From Thermoplasmatota archaeon (GTDB lineage Archaea > Thermoplasmatota > Thermoplasmata > RBG-16-68-12 > JAGMCJ01), in NCBI GenBank assembly GCA_022848865.1, contig JAJISE010000001.1, forward strand, positions 49,036 to 113,035: 64,000 nucleotides of DNA, given 5' to 3'. The position numbers and the translations under genes were made by a program. The notes under the pieces are model-generated. The model worked only from the letters and a program-made list of their open reading frames with translations, searched no databases and was not told the origin of the DNA. Every line of letters starts with the position of its first letter. Position 1 is the first letter of the stretch. Of this stretch, positions 28,957 to 38,395 are shown in pieces.

Positions 28957-30189
28957 ATGGAAGACAGCATATTCGAGCCGTACCTGGCAACGAAGGCCAT
29001 CTTCAAGAAGGACAGGGACATCCTTAGACCTTCCTATATCCCAGAGAAACTGCCTCATAGGGAGAGACAAATCAAGCAGCTGGCTTCCATTCTTGTAATG
29101 GCCTTGAGGGGCGAGAGACCTTCTAACGTCCTGATTTTTGGGAAGACAGGAACGGGAAAGACCGCGACGGTGAAGTACCTGCAGAAGGAGGTGGAGAAGG
29201 CGAAGAAGTGGTCGCGCGTCGACTACCTCTACATGAACTGCGAGGTGACCGACACACGGTACAGTGTTCTCCAGAACCTGGGAAACAGGTTCATCGAGGA
29301 CTTCGACGAGAGGATCCCCTTCACGGGTTGGTCGACGGAGAGGGTCTACAACATCCTGAGGGAGAAGCTCGATGAGGAGAGGCGCGTGGTGGTCGTCGTG
29401 CTCGATGAGATCGACAAGCTCATCTACAAGAGCGGGGACGACGTGCTCTATCACCTGACGCAGATAAACGAGGACCTGAAGAAGGCTAAGGTCAGCATCC
29501 TCGGCATATCCAACGATCTCAAGTTCACGGAGTTCCTCGATCCCAGGGTCAGAAGCAGACTGAGCGATGAGAAGATGGTCTTCCCTCCGTACAACGCCGA
29601 GGAGCTGAAGGACATACTCAGCCAGAGAGCGGATCTGGCCTTTGACGACGGTGTCATCGATGAAAGCGTCACGTCGCTGTGCGCGGCCCTCGCGGCGCAA
29701 GAGCACGGGGACGCGCGGAGAGCCCTTGATCTTCTCAGGGTCGCGGCCGAGATCGCCGAGAGGAACAATGAGGACAAGATCACGGACGAGCACGTGCTTC
29801 GGGCGAAGAACCAGCTCGAGCTGGACTGCGTCATCGAGGCCGTCAAGTCGCTTCCCACACAGTCGAAGCTCATCCTTCTCGGGATAATCATGAACGAGGA
29901 GATGGGGGCCACGAGGATGACGACCGGTGATGTGTACAACATGTACAAGCAGCTCTGCCGGAGGACCGGCATGAGCGTTCTGACGCAGAGACGCATAACG
30001 GACCTCATATCCGAGCTCGATATGCTCGGGCTCGTGAGTGCCCGTGTGAAATCCTTTGGGAGGGGAGGTAGGACGAAGGAGATCCAGTCGAGTGTCCCTG
30101 CGCTCGAGACGAGGCGGGTGTTGGAAAGGGATGAGCTCCTCTCGAATGTCAGGAACTTCCGATTGAAGTTCCAGACGACCCTTGTATGA
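28957..30189 (+). CDS. cdc6: ORC1-type DNA replication protein Cdc6
   Basis: LPHRE, GKTGTGKT, VLDEID, FPPYNAEEL, GDARRA, C-terminal wHTH GRGGRT. Confidence 0.96.
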   Translation: MEDSIFEPYLATKAIFKKDRDILRPSYIPEKLPHRERQIKQLASILVMALRGERPSNVLIFGKTGTGKTATVKYLQKEVEKAKKWSRVDYLYMNCEVTDTRYSVLQNLGNRFIEDFDERIPFTGWSTERVYNILREKLDEERRVVVVVLDEIDKLIYKSGDDVLYHLTQINEDLKKAKVSILGISNDLKFTEFLDPRVRSRLSDEKMVFPPYNAEELKDILSQRADLAFDDGVIDESVTSLCAALAAQEHGDARRALDLLRVAAEIAERNNEDKITDEHVLRAKNQLELDCVIEAVKSLPTQSKLILLGIIMNEEMGATRMTTGDVYNMYKQLCRRTGMSVLTQRRITDLISELDMLGLVSARVKSFGRGGRTKEIQSSVPALETRRVLERDELLSNVRNFRLKFQTTLV

Positions 30190-30192
30190 GGT

Positions 30193-31299
30193 CTACTCGG
30201 GTTCCCTCTCGTCCGTTTCGGACTCCTGAGCGCTGCGAGAACCTTCCATCTGTTCCTCGAGTTCTTCGATGTCCGCATCGAGATCTTCGAGTTCGTCGAG
30301 CGTCTCCGCCTCTTCTTCCAGCGGCGTTTCGCGCTCGGTCACTTCCGGCTCAGTGGTCTCATCTGTTATCTCAGGGGGCGCTTCTTCCGCCTCCTCCTTG
30401 CGTTTCCTACGGAAATCCAGAGCGTAGCTGATTCCGAAATCCAGGGCAATCGGAACAGCGATTATCAGTACTATCGCAATCAGAAGCGCATCCCAGCTGT
30501 TCCGCGGGGCAGCAGAATCGTATATCTCGCTGCAGCACGGAGCTCCTGAGTCTCGGAAAAGAGTGAGCTTCAGCAACCCGAACCAGGGGATCTCGCCCCT
30601 TGCCCTTCCCTCAATCCACTCCTGCCTGATTATGTCGAGATCGGTGCGGCCTCCGTTGTTGTCTCCCAAGGCAACAAACGCACTCCCACTGGGGTCGCCG
30701 CTTCGGTTGAACTGGGAGATGTAACCACTGATTGAAAGGGTGACGGTCACATCGGCAAAGCCAACATGGTTGAGGGTTATCGTGCCGTCAAGTCCATAGG
30801 GCGATGTGACGGTCTCACCGCCCGACATCTTCCCGGACCAGTCCGCGCCGAGCTCCAATCTGTCCAGATCGGGGATGTCGATTGTCCCGCTCGATTCATT
30901 CCAATCCAAGCGGATTAGTGCACGATGTATGATGCTCTTGGCTTCGTAGTTCCCGCCCTGTTTGTATATGATGACATCGCCGAACTCGCCGTACGTGCCG
31001 TATCCCGTGGCTCGACCCTCCACGTAGGTGATTATGTCCGACTTCGAAGGCGCATTCTGGACAAGGACAAGGTCGCCGGTATCTATGACTCCAACGAAGC
31101 TCTCCGTGTGGCTGTGCTGCATGCTCTTGCTCTCGACGACGACCATTGGAGGCCAGTTACCCGTGTAAAGAAACAGAGAGAGAAGGATAATCCCCACGAT
31201 AAGGGCAGCGACGCCCAGGTCCCGGAGCAGGAAGAGGATGGAACGGATCCATTTTCTCTTCCGGTCCTTCTTCTCCTTGTCCTCGGGTTCTGACTCCAT
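30193..31299 (-). CDS. Signal peptidase I (S26, archaeal Sec11-type)
   Basis: VVVESKSMQH (Ser), IIHRA (His), GDNN; acidic tail. Confidence 0.88.
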   Translation of the reverse strand: MESEPEDKEKKDRKRKWIRSILFLLRDLGVAALIVGIILLSLFLYTGNWPPMVVVESKSMQHSHTESFVGVIDTGDLVLVQNAPSKSDIITYVEGRATGYGTYGEFGDVIIYKQGGNYEAKSIIHRALIRLDWNESSGTIDIPDLDRLELGADWSGKMSGGETVTSPYGLDGTITLNHVGFADVTVTLSISGYISQFNRSGDPSGSAFVALGDNNGGRTDLDIIRQEWIEGRARGEIPWFGLLKLTLFRDSGAPCCSEIYDSAAPRNSWDALLIAIVLIIAVPIALDFGISYALDFRRKRKEEAEEAPPEITDETTEPEVTERETPLEEEAETLDELEDLDADIEELEEQMEGSRSAQESETDEREPE

Positions 31300-31573
31300 G
31301 CGCACCTTCAGCGGATAAGATACCAGGGATTTCACTTAAACCTTTCTCGCAGCGCTCTCTGGAAGGACGTCTGAGCATCAGTCTCAACGACGGTGACCTG
31401 CCTGACGAGCGGGACGGGAAGAGTGTGAGGTATCACATGCGCAAGCGGGGGAAAGACTGCTAGGTTGATGTGCGTGAGTGCGCCAGGTCGATGTGCTTCC
31501 AGGTCTGCGCTCCCTTGGTGAGGACGAGCCCGTCCTTGCTCTTCCGTTGTTGGGGATTTCGGGACAACACGGC

Positions 31574-33037
31574 CTAGAACTCTAGCATCGTGTACGCGCC
31601 GCTCTCGAGATTGACTATCGGAACGCGGCAGACAATGGGGTTCATGTTGTGCATCCTCTGAAATGCCGTCTGTGACTGCCAGGTCGAGCAGTTGATCATC
31701 ACAACTCCCTTGTATTCCTCGATACCCGCCCAGTGGACGTGTCCCGTGGCAAAGACGTCAGGAACCCTGGCGATCGCCAGATAGTCCTCTCTCTCGGGGG
31801 CAATCGGGGTCTTCCCGCCGTATATGGGTGCGAGGTGACGCCGGATGAGCATCTCCCTCATCCCCGTCAGCGGTTTCTCGTACGAGACCTCGGGGAAAGC
31901 TCCGACGAAGTCATCGAGGCTCCTGCCGTGATAGGACAGAATCTCGACGCCATGAAGGCTGAGCAGGCACGGGTTTCCGACGAAGGTCACGTTGTCCTGA
32001 AAGACCTTCCTCACATCGGAGGGAAGAGCTGGCTGAGGCTCTGCGGGTCGGACGGCGTCGTGGTTCCCGGGTTGGAGGATTATCTCCACGTGATCGGGAA
32101 GCTGGGAGAGAAGGCCCGCAAGGCTCTCGTACTGCCCGTATATGTCATCGATCTCAAGGTCCTTGTCCTGGCCGGGATAGATCCCTATTCCGTCGACCGC
32201 GTCGCCCGGAACGACGACATACTTCACCCTTCTCGCCAGGTCGTCCGAGTTCCCAAGCCACTCCACGAGCTTCGCCCAGCGGTCGGGAAGGAATGTCTTG
32301 CTTCCCACATGGATGTCACCGAGGAAGGCCACGGACACGGGAACGTCGGCCTCGTTGAACCGCTTGCCTGGCGGCACGTCGGGCCTGAACACCCTCTTAG
32401 CGATCATCAAATCGTTCTTGCCTGTCTTTCCCATGATCCCGAGGACCTCGTCCGCGATGAAGTTATCCGAGTGCATCTCGGGGGGTATCAGAACCGACAC
32501 GGTGTCTGTCTCGTCCTCCACATCAAGGATGAGATGGCCCGAGCGGGTCCTGTTCACCTTGCGAACCATGCAGACAAAACTGATCTCCCTCATCAGCCGC
32601 TTTGCCTTCGAGATGTCCTCGCATCCCCTCAGCTCTCTCCTTTGCTTGAGCATCTCAGAGAGCTGGTGAAACCTGTTCTTGAAATGGCAGTGGAAGTCAT
32701 CTATCGAGCCCTGGCATGTCGATTCTCCCGTGATGTCCTTCAGAATGCGGATGTCGCTCTCACAGTCCTTGGCGGAAGATCCCACGTCGCGGGTCCTCGG
32801 TCTCGGAGGTTTCGATGCCGCCATTGGTTTCCTCTTTACCTTGTCTGCCGCAAGGATGGCGATGCCCTCCGCCTTGGCGATCTCTTCCATCGTAATCATG
32901 AAGGGCTTGTCCTGGAAACGAGTGAACAGGTCCTCGACATAGGATATCGGGTCCTCCTTCTCCAGGATATAGCTGGCAGCCTCGGGCTCAAGCAGGGTTC
33001 CCTTGTCGAGAAGTAGGCTCAAAAGCTTGCTCCGCAT
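31574..33037 (-). CDS. polB: DNA polymerase II (PolD) small subunit DP1
   Basis: DIHVGS, GDAVDGIG.YP.Q, PGNHD, YHGRS, RHLAP, GHVH, WQSQT. Confidence 0.95.
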   Translation of the reverse strand: MRSKLLSLLLDKGTLLEPEAASYILEKEDPISYVEDLFTRFQDKPFMITMEEIAKAEGIAILAADKVKRKPMAASKPPRPRTRDVGSSAKDCESDIRILKDITGESTCQGSIDDFHCHFKNRFHQLSEMLKQRRELRGCEDISKAKRLMREISFVCMVRKVNRTRSGHLILDVEDETDTVSVLIPPEMHSDNFIADEVLGIMGKTGKNDLMIAKRVFRPDVPPGKRFNEADVPVSVAFLGDIHVGSKTFLPDRWAKLVEWLGNSDDLARRVKYVVVPGDAVDGIGIYPGQDKDLEIDDIYGQYESLAGLLSQLPDHVEIILQPGNHDAVRPAEPQPALPSDVRKVFQDNVTFVGNPCLLSLHGVEILSYHGRSLDDFVGAFPEVSYEKPLTGMREMLIRRHLAPIYGGKTPIAPEREDYLAIARVPDVFATGHVHWAGIEEYKGVVMINCSTWQSQTAFQRMHNMNPIVCRVPIVNLESGAYTMLEF

Positions 33038-33117
33038 TCCACGGCTTATTGTCCTTACAAATCTAAATATGTTTCCACCGCGCAACTCTTATCTCGATGT
33101 TCGCGTTCTTCCGGGCG

Positions 33118-33492
33118 ATGAGGATTGACGTGAGGACTCCCTGTAATCCGACAGAGAACGCGCGGAAGGTCGAGCGGGCGATGAAGAATGTCTTTCCGGA
33201 CCTGGATATCAAGAAGGAGGCGGTGTACCTCGTCGGGACAGGATCCTCTACGGAGAGGTTAGGTGACCTTCTCAAGAACCAGAGGATCAGGTCCGCGGCA
33301 AGGGGGGTCTTCCTCTCCTCCTGCTCGGACAACGAGGTCTCCTTCGCCCTCAACAAGCAGGTCGCGTTCATCGGCAAGGTGAGCTTTGGGTCAGGCTCCC
33401 CGCTGGGAGACATCGAAGTGAAGATCACTGACGACAACATCGAAGCCCTCATAGATTCCATAGCACCCAGGATAGGAGATGTCAACGAGTGA
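33118..33492 (+). CDS. UPF0201 / DUF54 putative RNA-binding protein
   Basis: PTE..KV..A..N.FP, QRIR.AAR, LNKQVA, PLG.I. Alternative start 33097. Confidence 0.85.
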   Translation: MRIDVRTPCNPTENARKVERAMKNVFPDLDIKKEAVYLVGTGSSTERLGDLLKNQRIRSAARGVFLSSCSDNEVSFALNKQVAFIGKVSFGSGSPLGDIEVKITDDNIEALIDSIAPRIGDVNE

Positions 33493-34253
33493 TCTCGATA
33501 AGTTGTCCCCCGCTATCCCTGCTTCCCCTTGAGGAAGCCCTGCGGATGGTGGAAGGGAAGTTCGACGGTTGGGAGATAGTGGCGGAGGGGAGGCACCTCC
33601 TCCCTGCGATCGAGGGCGATCTGGAAGAGATCGTATCCAGCCATCCCATGAAGTTCACGGTGCACGCCCCCCTCAGCGACATCAATATAGGCACCCTCAA
33701 CCCGGGGATCAAGAGGGAAGCGATCAATCAGCTGGTCGAGGTGGTGGAGATAGCGCATCGTCTTGGGATAGGGAGAGTGACGATGCATCCGGGATTCCTC
33801 TCGCCCATAACGTTCGGCAGGAGGAGGCTCGCCGAAGAGGCGGTCCGGGACTCGGTGGAGGAGATTGAGCGAAGAACGGATGGGACGGATGTGGTCAAGT
33901 GCATCGAGAACATGCCGCGTCTGTTCATCACACTCTTCTCGGAGCCCGAAGAGATGCTCGAACTCATCGAAGGAACTTCTTTCGAGCTCTGCCTCGACGT
34001 GGGGCATGCGAATACGACGGGCAATCTGTCTGCATTCCTTGAGCACTGGGAGAGGTTCGGTACCGTACACGTGCATGACAATATAGGGAAGTTCGACGAG
34101 CACCTTCCGCTGGGCGAGGGAGAGATAGACTTCGAGATGGTGTTCGGTATGCTGCGGGACTATAGAGGCGACTTCGTGGTGGAGTCGAGAAGCGTGGAGG
34201 AGGGTTTGGCGGGAAAGCGGTTCATCGAGTCATTGCAGATAGCCGCACCTTAG
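33489..34253 (+). CDS. Sugar phosphate isomerase/epimerase (AP endonuclease 2 TIM-barrel)
   Basis: VHAP..DIN, MHPG, IENM, LDVGHA, HVHDN..DEHLPLGEG. Confidence 0.87.
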   Translation: MISISCPPLSLLPLEEALRMVEGKFDGWEIVAEGRHLLPAIEGDLEEIVSSHPMKFTVHAPLSDINIGTLNPGIKREAINQLVEVVEIAHRLGIGRVTMHPGFLSPITFGRRRLAEEAVRDSVEEIERRTDGTDVVKCIENMPRLFITLFSEPEEMLELIEGTSFELCLDVGHANTTGNLSAFLEHWERFGTVHVHDNIGKFDEHLPLGEGEIDFEMVFGMLRDYRGDFVVESRSVEEGLAGKRFIESLQIAAP

Positions 34254-35648
34254 GCACTGGAACCTCCCCTCGAAGTATCTGGCCTCTTGGAAGCCGCACT
34301 GGGAGCACACAAAGCCGAACTGCTGCGGTCCCGCTGTCTGCAGCGGCACTTCCCCTGCCATCTGGACGCCTCCGGCGGGAACTGGAACAGGCTTCTGTAA
34401 GCGGAAGAACGCCCCCAGAGCGTCCAGGGCCTTCTTGGAGTAGTAGATGAAGAAGAGAAAGCCAGCGATTAGGAAGACGATGAGCACCAAGCCAAGGAAC
34501 ACCTCCATGCCCGTGTTGCCGCTTGCAATTGCGACGAGCACGGAAGCAGCGAAGTAGTCCACGACGAAGTGAAAGAGAATGGAGGCCCAGATGCCCTTCT
34601 TCACATACACATACCCGAGGATGAGGCCTGCGAACAGGGTTGGAGCCAGCTTGTATACATCCCAGGAAGGGATGTGGGCGATTCCGAATATCGTCGCAGA
34701 GGCGATTATCAAACCCCAGGTGTATGACTTCATCCTCCCGCTCCCGCCAAAGAGCTCCTTGAGAAGCGGTCTGCCACGGACACCGGATCCCAGCGCGATT
34801 AGGAACAAGGGGACGCCAAGGAAGACCAGGCGGGTGGCAATCTCCTCGTATACGGACGCGTTCAGCAGCTCGAACAGCAGGAACCATTGTGGATAGCTTT
34901 GAGTCGAGGGTGAGGCCGTCTCCACTCCGAGCATCCACAAGAAGAGGAGGTATGCTGTACTGAAGAATAGGTAGGTGCAAAACAGCTGAGCGATCATCGC
35001 CCAGGAGGTGTTAGTGGACAGCCTGAGCCTCCCGTCCCTCACCGAGGAGACCATGTCAGAAATGAGCTTCTTGCCGTCAAGACCAACGGCCAGCGATATG
35101 GAAACGACGACGGCGACCACCAAGCCGAGATAGTAGAGGAGGAACCAGCCGGGATCGCTGAAACTGAATAGGCCGATGGGGATCGGAGCCAACACGTAGA
35201 TTACGACACCGCACTCTGTGCACTCCTGACCCGTTATGCCGGGAATGACCTCGCTCATCCCCCAGAACAAGTATCCAGAGATGACGACAAGAAGAACGAG
35301 GAACACGATCATGACCCCAATCCAGACGAAGGACCCGAGGATGTGAATCGTCCTCATCATGGACTCGTGAATGGACACTTCCCGATACGACGGATAGTAG
35401 GTGGGCGCTCGATCGCAGACGGGGCAGTAGTTCCCTTGGAAGGGAGTCCCGCAGTAGATGCACTGCATGACGGCAGGAGCCATCTGAGGCGCCCCTGCCC
35501 CGCAATATGGACAGAAACTCCCGGAGAAGGACTGACCGCAGAAGAGACACGCAATGGGTCCTCGGGGCGCAGGTTCCGCGCCGACGTCAAGACCGCACCG
35601 AGGACAGAACCGCAGTGGGATTCCTGCTCCACATCTGGGACAGTTCAC
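34230..35648 (-). CDS. CPBP (Abi/CAAX) intramembrane glutamic endopeptidase with zinc ribbons
   Basis: YEEIATR, FGIAH, ILFHFVVD; six N-terminal and two C-terminal CxxC. Confidence 0.85.
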   Translation of the reverse strand: MNCPRCGAGIPLRFCPRCGLDVGAEPAPRGPIACLFCGQSFSGSFCPYCGAGAPQMAPAVMQCIYCGTPFQGNYCPVCDRAPTYYPSYREVSIHESMMRTIHILGSFVWIGVMIVFLVLLVVISGYLFWGMSEVIPGITGQECTECGVVIYVLAPIPIGLFSFSDPGWFLLYYLGLVVAVVVSISLAVGLDGKKLISDMVSSVRDGRLRLSTNTSWAMIAQLFCTYLFFSTAYLLFLWMLGVETASPSTQSYPQWFLLFELLNASVYEEIATRLVFLGVPLFLIALGSGVRGRPLLKELFGGSGRMKSYTWGLIIASATIFGIAHIPSWDVYKLAPTLFAGLILGYVYVKKGIWASILFHFVVDYFAASVLVAIASGNTGMEVFLGLVLIVFLIAGFLFFIYYSKKALDALGAFFRLQKPVPVPAGGVQMAGEVPLQTAGPQQFGFVCSQCGFQEARYFEGRFQCLRCGYLQ

Positions 35649-35817
35649 ATCCGTGCTACGAGAATCTGTCTATTTAAGGGATACGGTGAGGGTTTGGCAC
35701 ATCAACTTAAATACCCCCAATGCTTTCGTGTGTTTCGCCCTGAACCTCCAAGCCAGAAGGCCAAGGGAACAGTTGTGCGGAGGTCGCAGCCATCGCACGA
35801 ACACCGGAGGAAAAACG

Positions 35818-36069
35818 ATGGAGAACCAAAGGAGATCGAAGGTGCATTTCGAAACGCTAGACTCTGAGAAGATCGGTTTTGGAAAAAGCAATTTCCTCGA
35901 GGTCGCCCGAAAGAAGGCGACGACAGAGGAGGGAGAGGAGAACGAGTTCATCTCCCTTTCGAGAGGGTACTACCTTGACGACGGAACGGCGAGATTCAAG
36001 AAATCCCTCACCATTCCGGACGATCCCGAGATAAGGGAATTCGTGGCTGAGAAGATAAGGACGCTGTAG
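35818..36069 (+). CDS. Small conserved protein, possible PC4-like ssDNA/RNA-binding fold
   Basis: SD GGAGG; FG..NFLEVARKK...FISLSRGYY...KKSLTIP. Fold is inferred. Confidence 0.7.
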   Translation: MENQRRSKVHFETLDSEKIGFGKSNFLEVARKKATTEEGEENEFISLSRGYYLDDGTARFKKSLTIPDDPEIREFVAEKIRTL

Positions 36070-36176
36070 TGGCCTTTTCGGGAGGCGAGACGCCGCCTGA
36101 GAATCTGCTATCATTCTTGATAACGAGTCCGTAGAATGAGGATCGGCCCGTGTGCCGAAGAAATCCAGATCACCAG

Positions 36177-36470
36177 TTATCCGAAAAGGAAGCCGACCCC
36201 GTTGGCGACTGTGTCCTCTTCCGCCTTGAACTTGTCGTAGGCCGATTCCGCCTCGTCGTCCTGCAGTGCCTTCCCGAGTTCCTCGAAAATCTCCTTGGCC
36301 CTCCCTATAGCTTCTTCGGTGCCCTCGACAAGCAGGAGCGTTCCCTCCATGTCCTCCCCGAGCACCTTCGCTTCCCTAATCACAATGCTCTGCCTGCTTA
36401 CTAGATCGTCCTTCAGAGCCTCGTTCATCTTTCCCGTTTTTTCCTTGTCGATGCTGAAGATGACATACAT
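36177..36470 (-). CDS. Small conserved hypothetical protein
   Basis: Clean 97-aa ORF with DDLVSRQSI..R, LVEG.EE and C-terminal GFLFG. Confidence 0.7.
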   Translation of the reverse strand: MYVIFSIDKEKTGKMNEALKDDLVSRQSIVIREAKVLGEDMEGTLLLVEGTEEAIGRAKEIFEELGKALQDDEAESAYDKFKAEEDTVANGVGFLFG

Positions 36471-36496
36471 GATGAATCACTGGGTCATGATTAGGC

Positions 36497-36751
36497 TCAG
36501 GATATAAAAAGACTCGCAGTTTCCGTCAGGTCCACTTGTCTGGATTCGCGTAGTAGTTGAACGTCTCGGACAAAATGCGGCTCGCCAACTCTGGTCTGTG
36601 GGGCAACGAGACCCACCTCCTTCGCCAGGCGAACCGCTTGCGACGCTTTCTCCACGGTGATTCGCTTCTTCATGTTCCTGAGGACAACGGGATTCGCGGA
36701 TTCCATGCCTGAGCCTATTCTCGTGCACCCGCTTTCTTTCATCGGATTCAT
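36497..36751 (-). pseudogene. Internal fragment of a radical SAM (B12-binding class-like) gene
   Basis: MKESGCTRI.SGMESAN.VVLRNMKK.ITVE...AVRLAKEVGL; no CxxxCxxC. Confidence 0.65.
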
Positions 36752-36808
36752 CTATCATCTCGGGGGCATTAGTTCTTAAATAGCCATGACATTTTCGCTT
36801 CGAGGCAA

Positions 36809-37819
36809 GTGATAATAAGGCCCCCCGAGCCAGAGGACAACGACGAGCTCATCCAACTCGACAGGGTGGCTCCTGAGGAGGGTCTGATTTCGTACTACGT
36901 GGACAGGAGGCCGAAGTACATCCACGAGCCAGATGCGAAAGGGTTCTTTCCATACATAGCGGAGGTGAACGGCAAGATCGTAGGCGTTGTCTTCAGTTCC
37001 ATCGACGAACTCTACGTGAATGGCGAGCCCAAGGCCTGCGACTATGTCTCCAGCCTGCGCGTACACCCCGAGTACCGAAGAAGAGGGATTGGGCGTGCCT
37101 TGATAGATCGCGCCGTTGAGAAGGGCAGGGAAGAGAGGGCGGACATATTCTGGGCGGTCATCATGGGAAAGAACTTGGCCTCTTCCAGGACGTTCGAAAA
37201 ATGCGGCTTCGACAGAGTTGGCGGGCATGGATTCAGGGTCATCATCTCGAAAGGGAGGAGGAGGTTCTCTGATGCGTCGCTGAGAGAGGCCACCGAGGAG
37301 GATTTCGACGATATGGCCACTCTGTTCTCGTCGTTCTACAAGAGCCACAACTTCAGGCCGAAGGACACACGGAAGTGGCTGACGAGCCGTTGCAGAGTCA
37401 AGGGGACGAGGCTCGGTGTGGTTTGCGTCGCGGAAAGGGACGGGAGAGTCGTCGCAACGGTCAGGGCTGTGAGGCAATGGCTAACGACCAAGATGGTCAT
37501 CACGAAGCTACCTTTGAGCATGAGATTTCTGAGCTCGCTCCTTCGACTGGGAATAGAAGAAGGCTCCCTGCTCAAGATGATTGACGTCGGTGCCATATCC
37601 TTTTCCCAAGGAGAAGAGATGGCCGCCACCGATCTGATCAACTTCGCGAGGAGGAGGTTGAGGGATGAGTGCAGGATCGCCTTCATCCAATACGTGCGGG
37701 GGGGAGAAGAGGAGAAGTTCATGACCAAGGCCAGGGGCTTTTCCGGGTACTCCGACGTGTTGGCGATGAGCCCTGATCGTAAGCTGGAGGAGCTGGACCC
37801 CATATTCCCGTCGAGATAG
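36809..37819 (+). CDS. GNAT family N-acetyltransferase
   Basis: LRVHPEYRRRGIG, N.AS..FEK.GF; second degenerate GNAT domain. Confidence 0.85.
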   Translation: MIIRPPEPEDNDELIQLDRVAPEEGLISYYVDRRPKYIHEPDAKGFFPYIAEVNGKIVGVVFSSIDELYVNGEPKACDYVSSLRVHPEYRRRGIGRALIDRAVEKGREERADIFWAVIMGKNLASSRTFEKCGFDRVGGHGFRVIISKGRRRFSDASLREATEEDFDDMATLFSSFYKSHNFRPKDTRKWLTSRCRVKGTRLGVVCVAERDGRVVATVRAVRQWLTTKMVITKLPLSMRFLSSLLRLGIEEGSLLKMIDVGAISFSQGEEMAATDLINFARRRLRDECRIAFIQYVRGGEEEKFMTKARGFSGYSDVLAMSPDRKLEELDPIFPSR

Positions 37820-37864
37820 TGTCCGGGACGAACGAAACAGGTTAAATAGAGACACACGGATTGG

Positions 37865-38395
37865 ATGCACGTGAGTGACCTCGGGTTGATACAGGTCTAC
37901 ACTGGGACGGGGAAGGGCAAGACAACTGCGGCCCTCGGTCTGGCGATGAGGGCATGCGGCCACGGTCTGAGAGCCTATATGGTCCAGTTCATGAAGGGAA
38001 GGATAGATTACGGGGAGCTGAAGGTCGCCGAGAAGATTGAGGGTCTTACGATTGAGCAGTTCGGGAGACCGGATTTCGTGGACAAGGACAATCCCGCCGA
38101 GGAGGACATCGAGCTGGCAAGAGAGGCGCTCGCGAAATCAAAGGAGGTCGTTCTGAGCGGGGAATACGATCTGGTCATCCTCGACGAGATCAACGTCGCC
38201 ATAGAATGGAACCTGATCGACGTCGGCGAGGTCGTGGATCTCCTAGAGATGAAACCGAAGGATGTCGAGGTCGTTCTTACGGGAAGATACGCCAGGCAGG
38301 AAATAATCGACCTAGCGGATCTGGTCAGCGAGGTAAAGGAGGTCAAGCATCCATTCACGCGGGGAATGCATTCGCGGGTCGGAGTGGACTACTAG
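37865..38395 (+). CDS. cobO: Cob(I)alamin adenosyltransferase (CobO/BtuR)
   Basis: YTGTGKGKTTAA.G, VQFMKG, ILDEI, LTGR, KHPF. Confidence 0.93.
   Translation: MHVSDLGLIQVYTGTGKGKTTAALGLAMRACGHGLRAYMVQFMKGRIDYGELKVAEKIEGLTIEQFGRPDFVDKDNPAEEDIELAREALAKSKEVVLSGEYDLVILDEINVAIEWNLIDVGEVVDLLEMKPKDVEVVLTGRYARQEIIDLADLVSEVKEVKHPFTRGMHSRVGVDY

Noticed and set aside
31300-31573. Possible ncRNA (RNase P/SRP) or oriC between signal peptidase and DP1
   Set aside because: No RNase P or SRP signature motifs, ORB or AT-rich element seen.
31733-33016. Long antisense ORFs (also 6525..7532, 28735..29793, 43978..45042, 62354..63436)
   Set aside because: They lie opposite well-supported genes, carry no motifs, and are typical shadow ORFs of GC3-rich DNA.
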